This document shows positions 47,263 through 50,832 of a DNA stretch of 50,832 nucleotides, piece after piece (the stretch's first letter is position 1; the number at the start of each line of letters is the position of its first letter). The notes under the pieces are model-generated. The model saw only the letters and a program-made list of their open reading frames with translations, ran no database searches and was not told where the DNA came from. The stretch is from NCBI GenBank assembly GCA_903827975.1, contig CAIKKG010000014.1, forward strand, positions 1-50,832, given 5' to 3'. Made by a program: the position numbers and the translations under genes. The stretch is from an uncultured bacterium (GTDB taxonomy: Bacteria > Patescibacteriota > Minisyncoccia > UBA6257 > GWB1-50-10).

Positions 47263-48096
47263 ATGCAATTAAAACAAATTCAAAAACTAATTCTGTCAAC
47301 TTTTATCGTCACGTCATTCAGTGGTTATGTATATTGGTTGCGTTCCAGCGCCATGGTTGTTACAAATGTGGCACCTGTAACAGATGAGAACACAAAGGTA
47401 ATAGATAAGGTAGTTCCGGTTGTTCCAGTAGTTCCAGTTGTTCTACCAGTGATAGAGCCAGTAAAAGAGCCAGTAAAAGTAGTTATTCCAGTCGTTGTTC
47501 CTGAGACGCCAGTTACTCCAACTGAGACAACAACAACCTGCATAACAACATACACGCTTATTGATGTCCCTGTAATTAATTCAAATCGCGAGGATGATGA
47601 TGAGGATAATCGCTCATCGGTTCCTGCCACGGTTCAGAGGCAAGTTCCTGTAGTTACTTGTACTACTTCTAATGTTGCGTCAGCTGGACCAAAACCCCCA
47701 GTAAGTGTTCCAGTTACACCTGCACCAACTCCGACACCAACTCCGACACCAACTCCGACACCAACTCCGACACCTACACCTGTACCTACACCAACTCCGA
47801 CACCTGTACCGACCGGAATGTATAAGAATGGAACATATGCTAATACAATAACGTATTCGCGTGGCGTGTTTAATGTTTCTCTAATAGTGAGTGGTGGAAA
47901 AATTACCAATGTTCAGTTTACTGATACCTCAGGAAGTGGAACATCACAGCAGATTAATGCGGGAGCATTTCCTATATTGAAGACTGAGACAATCTCATCA
48001 CAGAGTGCGAGCGTGAATACTGTTTCTGGCGCGACACTTACAAGCAATGCATACCGTGCGTGGCTTACAACAACACTTGCAAGCGCAAAAGTGTAA
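47263..48096 (+). CDS. membrane-anchored FMN-binding (flavinylation substrate) protein with Pro/Thr linker
   Basis: N-terminal TM; YKNGTY; VNTVSGATLTS flavinylation motif. Confidence 0.9.
   Translation: MQLKQIQKLILSTFIVTSFSGYVYWLRSSAMVVTNVAPVTDENTKVIDKVVPVVPVVPVVLPVIEPVKEPVKVVIPVVVPETPVTPTETTTTCITTYTLIDVPVINSNREDDDEDNRSSVPATVQRQVPVVTCTTSNVASAGPKPPVSVPVTPAPTPTPTPTPTPTPTPTPTPVPTPTPTPVPTGMYKNGTYANTITYSRGVFNVSLIVSGGKITNVQFTDTSGSGTSQQINAGAFPILKTETISSQSASVNTVSGATLTSNAYRAWLTTTLASAKV
47716..47813 (+). repeat. Pro-Thr linker tandem repeat (12-nt unit CACCAACTCCGA)
   Basis: Four perfect units at 47723..47770 plus degenerate units. Confidence 0.85.
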
Positions 48097-48839
48097 TGAA
48101 GCGAACCGAGATTATTATGGGAATGCCAGTAACCGTTGAGATTACTGATCGTTTTGTAACTGACGCGGATCTTGAATATATATTTTCTTACTTCAAGAAA
48201 ATTGATGAGCAATTTAGTCCGTATAAAGAGACAAGTGAAGTTACCAGATTAAATAGAAAGGAAGTAAATGAAAGTAGCTGCAGTGAGGAGATGAAAGAAA
48301 TTCTAAAGCTTGCAGAAAAAACAAAGCAGGAGACGAGAGGATATTTTGATGTCTGGAATAATAATGTTTTTAATCCATCGGGAATTGTTAAGGGTTGGGC
48401 AATATATGAGGCTTCTAAAATATTAGATGATAAGGGATTCAAGAATTTTTATGTAGATGCGGGTGGCGACATAGAGGTTCGAGGAAAAAATGAAGATGGT
48501 GATTTGTGGCGAATAGGAATACGAAACCCGTTTGATATGCATGCTATTATTAAGACATTAGCCGTAACCGACTGTGGAGTCGCAACATCAGGAACATATG
48601 TACGCGGGCAGCACATTTACGACCCACATGAGCCCGAGAAGGAGCTTAAGGATATGGTGAGTGTCACAGTTATAGGGCCAAATGTGTTGGAAGCGGATAG
48701 ATTTGCAACAGCAGCATTTGCGATGGAGGAAAAAGGAATTGTATTTATTTCAGCAATACCACACTTAGCTGGATACTCAGTTGATTCCAAGGGAACCGCA
48801 ACAATGACAAATAATTTTGATTCGTTTGTTTTAAAATAA
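48096..48839 (+). CDS. apbE: FAD:protein FMN transferase
   Basis: MGM.V, FS.Y...SE, T.GYFD, GIVKGWA, AGGDI, W.IGI.NP, ATSG.Y.RG.HI.DP, AD..ATA. Confidence 0.93.
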   Translation: MKRTEIIMGMPVTVEITDRFVTDADLEYIFSYFKKIDEQFSPYKETSEVTRLNRKEVNESSCSEEMKEILKLAEKTKQETRGYFDVWNNNVFNPSGIVKGWAIYEASKILDDKGFKNFYVDAGGDIEVRGKNEDGDLWRIGIRNPFDMHAIIKTLAVTDCGVATSGTYVRGQHIYDPHEPEKELKDMVSVTVIGPNVLEADRFATAAFAMEEKGIVFISAIPHLAGYSVDSKGTATMTNNFDSFVLK

Positions 48840-48850
48840 AATAAACCTAT

Positions 48851-50374
48851 ATGCAAGTAATTGATTCATTTCTCAATAAAATAACAATGTACCGGTTGGT
48901 GCTTTACTATCTTGCAGTTCTTCTTGGTATAGCATTTATATTAAGTTTTTTTGGCTTACTCCCATTTACTCCCGTTGAGTTACTTGTGTCAGTTGTTACT
49001 ATAGTCCTCATATCGTGGGGCGCTAATACATTATTCGGTTTTGTTTTCAATGCTCCTACGAATGTTGAATCAACTTTTATTACAGCTCTCATTCTTGCGC
49101 TTATAATAACTCCGCAGACATTCGCACATTATAGTTTGTTTCTGCCTTTTCTAGTCTGGGTCTCAATAATTGCAATGGCGTCAAAATTCATTTTTGCTAT
49201 TGGCAATAAGCACGTATTTAATCCTGCGGCTGTAGCAGTTGTAATTACGGCATTTGCAATAAATCAGTTTGCGAGCTGGTGGATTGGCTCTGCTTCAATG
49301 CTTCCTTTTGTTCTTATTGGTGGATTTCTTATTGTGAGAAAAATACGAAGGTTCGATATGGCATTCTCATTTTTCATTGTTGCTCTTCTTACCATTACCA
49401 TTTCTGGCCTAATGAGCAATCAGAGTATTGGTTCAATTATGGATCAGGCACTTCTTGGTTCTCCACTATTCTTTTTTGCATTCATAATGATTACTGAGCC
49501 ACTTACCACGCCTCCAACGCGTTGGTTAAGAGCTTCTTACGGCGCTCTCGTTGGATTTCTTTTTGCTCCCGCAATTCATTTGGGTTCAATCTACTCGACC
49601 CCCGAACTTGCACTACTTGTCGGTAATTTATATTCATACGCAATTAGCCCAAAGCAAAAATTAATATTGCTTTTGGATAGAAAGGAAAAGGTTACTCCAA
49701 CTATTTATGATTTTGTATTTAAGGCAGATAAGCCATTTAATTTTGAACCAGGACAATATCTAGAGTGGACACTTGGACACTTCCGCCCAGATTCCAGAGG
49801 AAATCGCAGGTATTTTACAATTGCCTCATCACCTACTGAAAATGAAATTCATCTTGGTGTGAAATTTTACGAACCCGCAAGTAGTTTCAAAAAGGCACTA
49901 GCATTTATGAGTAATGGAAATGAATTGGTCGCATCGCAACTTGCCGGTGACTTTGTAATGCCACGTGACCCATCTAAAAAGCTCGTATTCATTGCTGGTG
50001 GAATTGGTGTTACTCCATTTCGTAGTATGGTTAAGTATCTCTCGGATAAAGGTGAGAAGCGTGACATTGTTCTACTATATTCAAATAGAACTGCTGATGA
50101 GATTGCATTTAAGGAAATATTTGATGAGGCTGGTCAGAAGTTTGGAATGAAAACTGTGTATGCTGTTACAAATGCTGATGAGAATCTTCCTGCTTGGTGC
50201 TGTGGAGGAATGATTAATGCAAAGATGATTATGGAAAGCGTTCCTGACTATAAAGAAAGAATGTTCTATATCTCTGGACCAAAGGTAATGATTGATGCGT
50301 TTACTATAACACTTCAAGGTTTGGGTGTTGCACGAAATAAAATAAAGACTGATTTTTTCCCGGGATTCGTATAA
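48851..50374 (+). CDS. NqrB/RnfD-like membrane domain fused to an FNR-type FAD/NAD(P)H reductase
   Basis: SK..F.....H.FNPAA, FFFAFIMITEP.T.P, then PGQY, RYFTIAS, IAGGIG.TPF.S, YISGP. Confidence 0.9.
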   Translation: MQVIDSFLNKITMYRLVLYYLAVLLGIAFILSFFGLLPFTPVELLVSVVTIVLISWGANTLFGFVFNAPTNVESTFITALILALIITPQTFAHYSLFLPFLVWVSIIAMASKFIFAIGNKHVFNPAAVAVVITAFAINQFASWWIGSASMLPFVLIGGFLIVRKIRRFDMAFSFFIVALLTITISGLMSNQSIGSIMDQALLGSPLFFFAFIMITEPLTTPPTRWLRASYGALVGFLFAPAIHLGSIYSTPELALLVGNLYSYAISPKQKLILLLDRKEKVTPTIYDFVFKADKPFNFEPGQYLEWTLGHFRPDSRGNRRYFTIASSPTENEIHLGVKFYEPASSFKKALAFMSNGNELVASQLAGDFVMPRDPSKKLVFIAGGIGVTPFRSMVKYLSDKGEKRDIVLLYSNRTADEIAFKEIFDEAGQKFGMKTVYAVTNADENLPAWCCGGMINAKMIMESVPDYKERMFYISGPKVMIDAFTITLQGLGVARNKIKTDFFPGFV

Positions 50375-50378
50375 TCTT

Positions 50379-50405
50379 AAAACCCCCGCTTGTTGCGGGG
50401 GTTTT
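50379..50405. terminator. bidirectional terminator
   Basis: AAAACCCCCGC-TTGTT-GCGGGGGTTTT. Confidence 0.8.
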
Positions 50406-50416
50406 ATTCATTTAGC

Positions 50417-50827
50417 TTACTGAGCCTGTATAGGGCGTGGCATGAATGCTCTTAGTTGAATTGTTTGTGCTGTTACACTTCCGTCGGAATTTGCTGTTCC
50501 ATTTGCTGTAACATCTTTTCCAATTTCAAGATCAGTTGCAGTTCCATCGGTTGATTTAGTTATTTTTGTTGTTCCTGAGAAGAATATAAATTTAGAACTT
50601 CCATCCTGTGCCTTCACAGTAATGCTTTTATCATCCTTACTCACAATTGAACCTGAAATAAATCCAGCATTCTGCATTCCACCTCTGCGTGTTGAACTGC
50701 TATTCATTCCACCAGTTCGCTGGTATCCATTCTGACTTACGGCCTGACCTTTTGGAGCTCCAAATGTGGAACCTGCCCAGAAACTTACAAGTGCTACAAC
50801 AACCACAATAACGCCCCAAACAACCAT
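50417..50827 (-). CDS. membrane-anchored DUF5666-like protein (start may lie beyond the window edge)
   Basis: TM, G.IVSKDD.SITVK..DG.SK, G..N.DGSVTA..IQL. Confidence 0.7.
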   Translation of the reverse strand: MVVWGVIVVVVALVSFWAGSTFGAPKGQAVSQNGYQRTGGMNSSSTRRGGMQNAGFISGSIVSKDDKSITVKAQDGSSKFIFFSGTTKITKSTDGTATDLEIGKDVTANGTANSDGSVTAQTIQLRAFMPRPIQAQ

Positions 50828-50832
50828 ATTAT

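Noticed and set aside
47325..48212. Antisense ORFs with GV repeats, and the many other short shadow ORFs in the track
   Set aside because: They are reverse-strand or alternate-frame shadows of well-supported genes.

Overview
A gene-dense, AT-rich bacterial chromosome segment using genetic code 11. Gene content and order (def/fmt, ctpA-rplI-rpmA, rmuC, compact secA, gltX-murG-ftsW-mraY-scpAB-ychF, short dnaX, mostly SD-less starts) suggest a Patescibacteria/CPR (Parcubacteria-like) genome; this is inference. Positions ~1-27 kb are mostly housekeeping genes (translation, secretion, cell wall, chromosome segregation) plus tRNA-Leu(GAG). Positions ~27-50.8 kb are accessory: a membrane-anchored Mrr nuclease, a ygiD pseudogene, nucleotide house-cleaning enzymes, tRNA-Gln(TTG), two GIY-YIG nucleases, msrAB, a eukaryote-type arginine kinase, a 1204-aa IPT/TIG surface protein and an FMN-binding/ApbE/RnfD-FNR flavinylation module. 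The most unusual signal is a set of tRNA-end duplications. A GIY-YIG gene sits between an intact tRNA-Gln and two tRNA 5'-end copies, each interrupted at the same base by short GC-rich inserts. A 44-bp dyad element occurs three times, and the tRNA-Leu 3' end is duplicated. I also found two microproteins missing from the ORF track, a candidate sRNA and a structured leader/uORF upstream of secA. No CRISPR array, rRNA, integrase, transposase or reverse transcriptase was seen. Family assignments come from motif recognition only; no searches were run.
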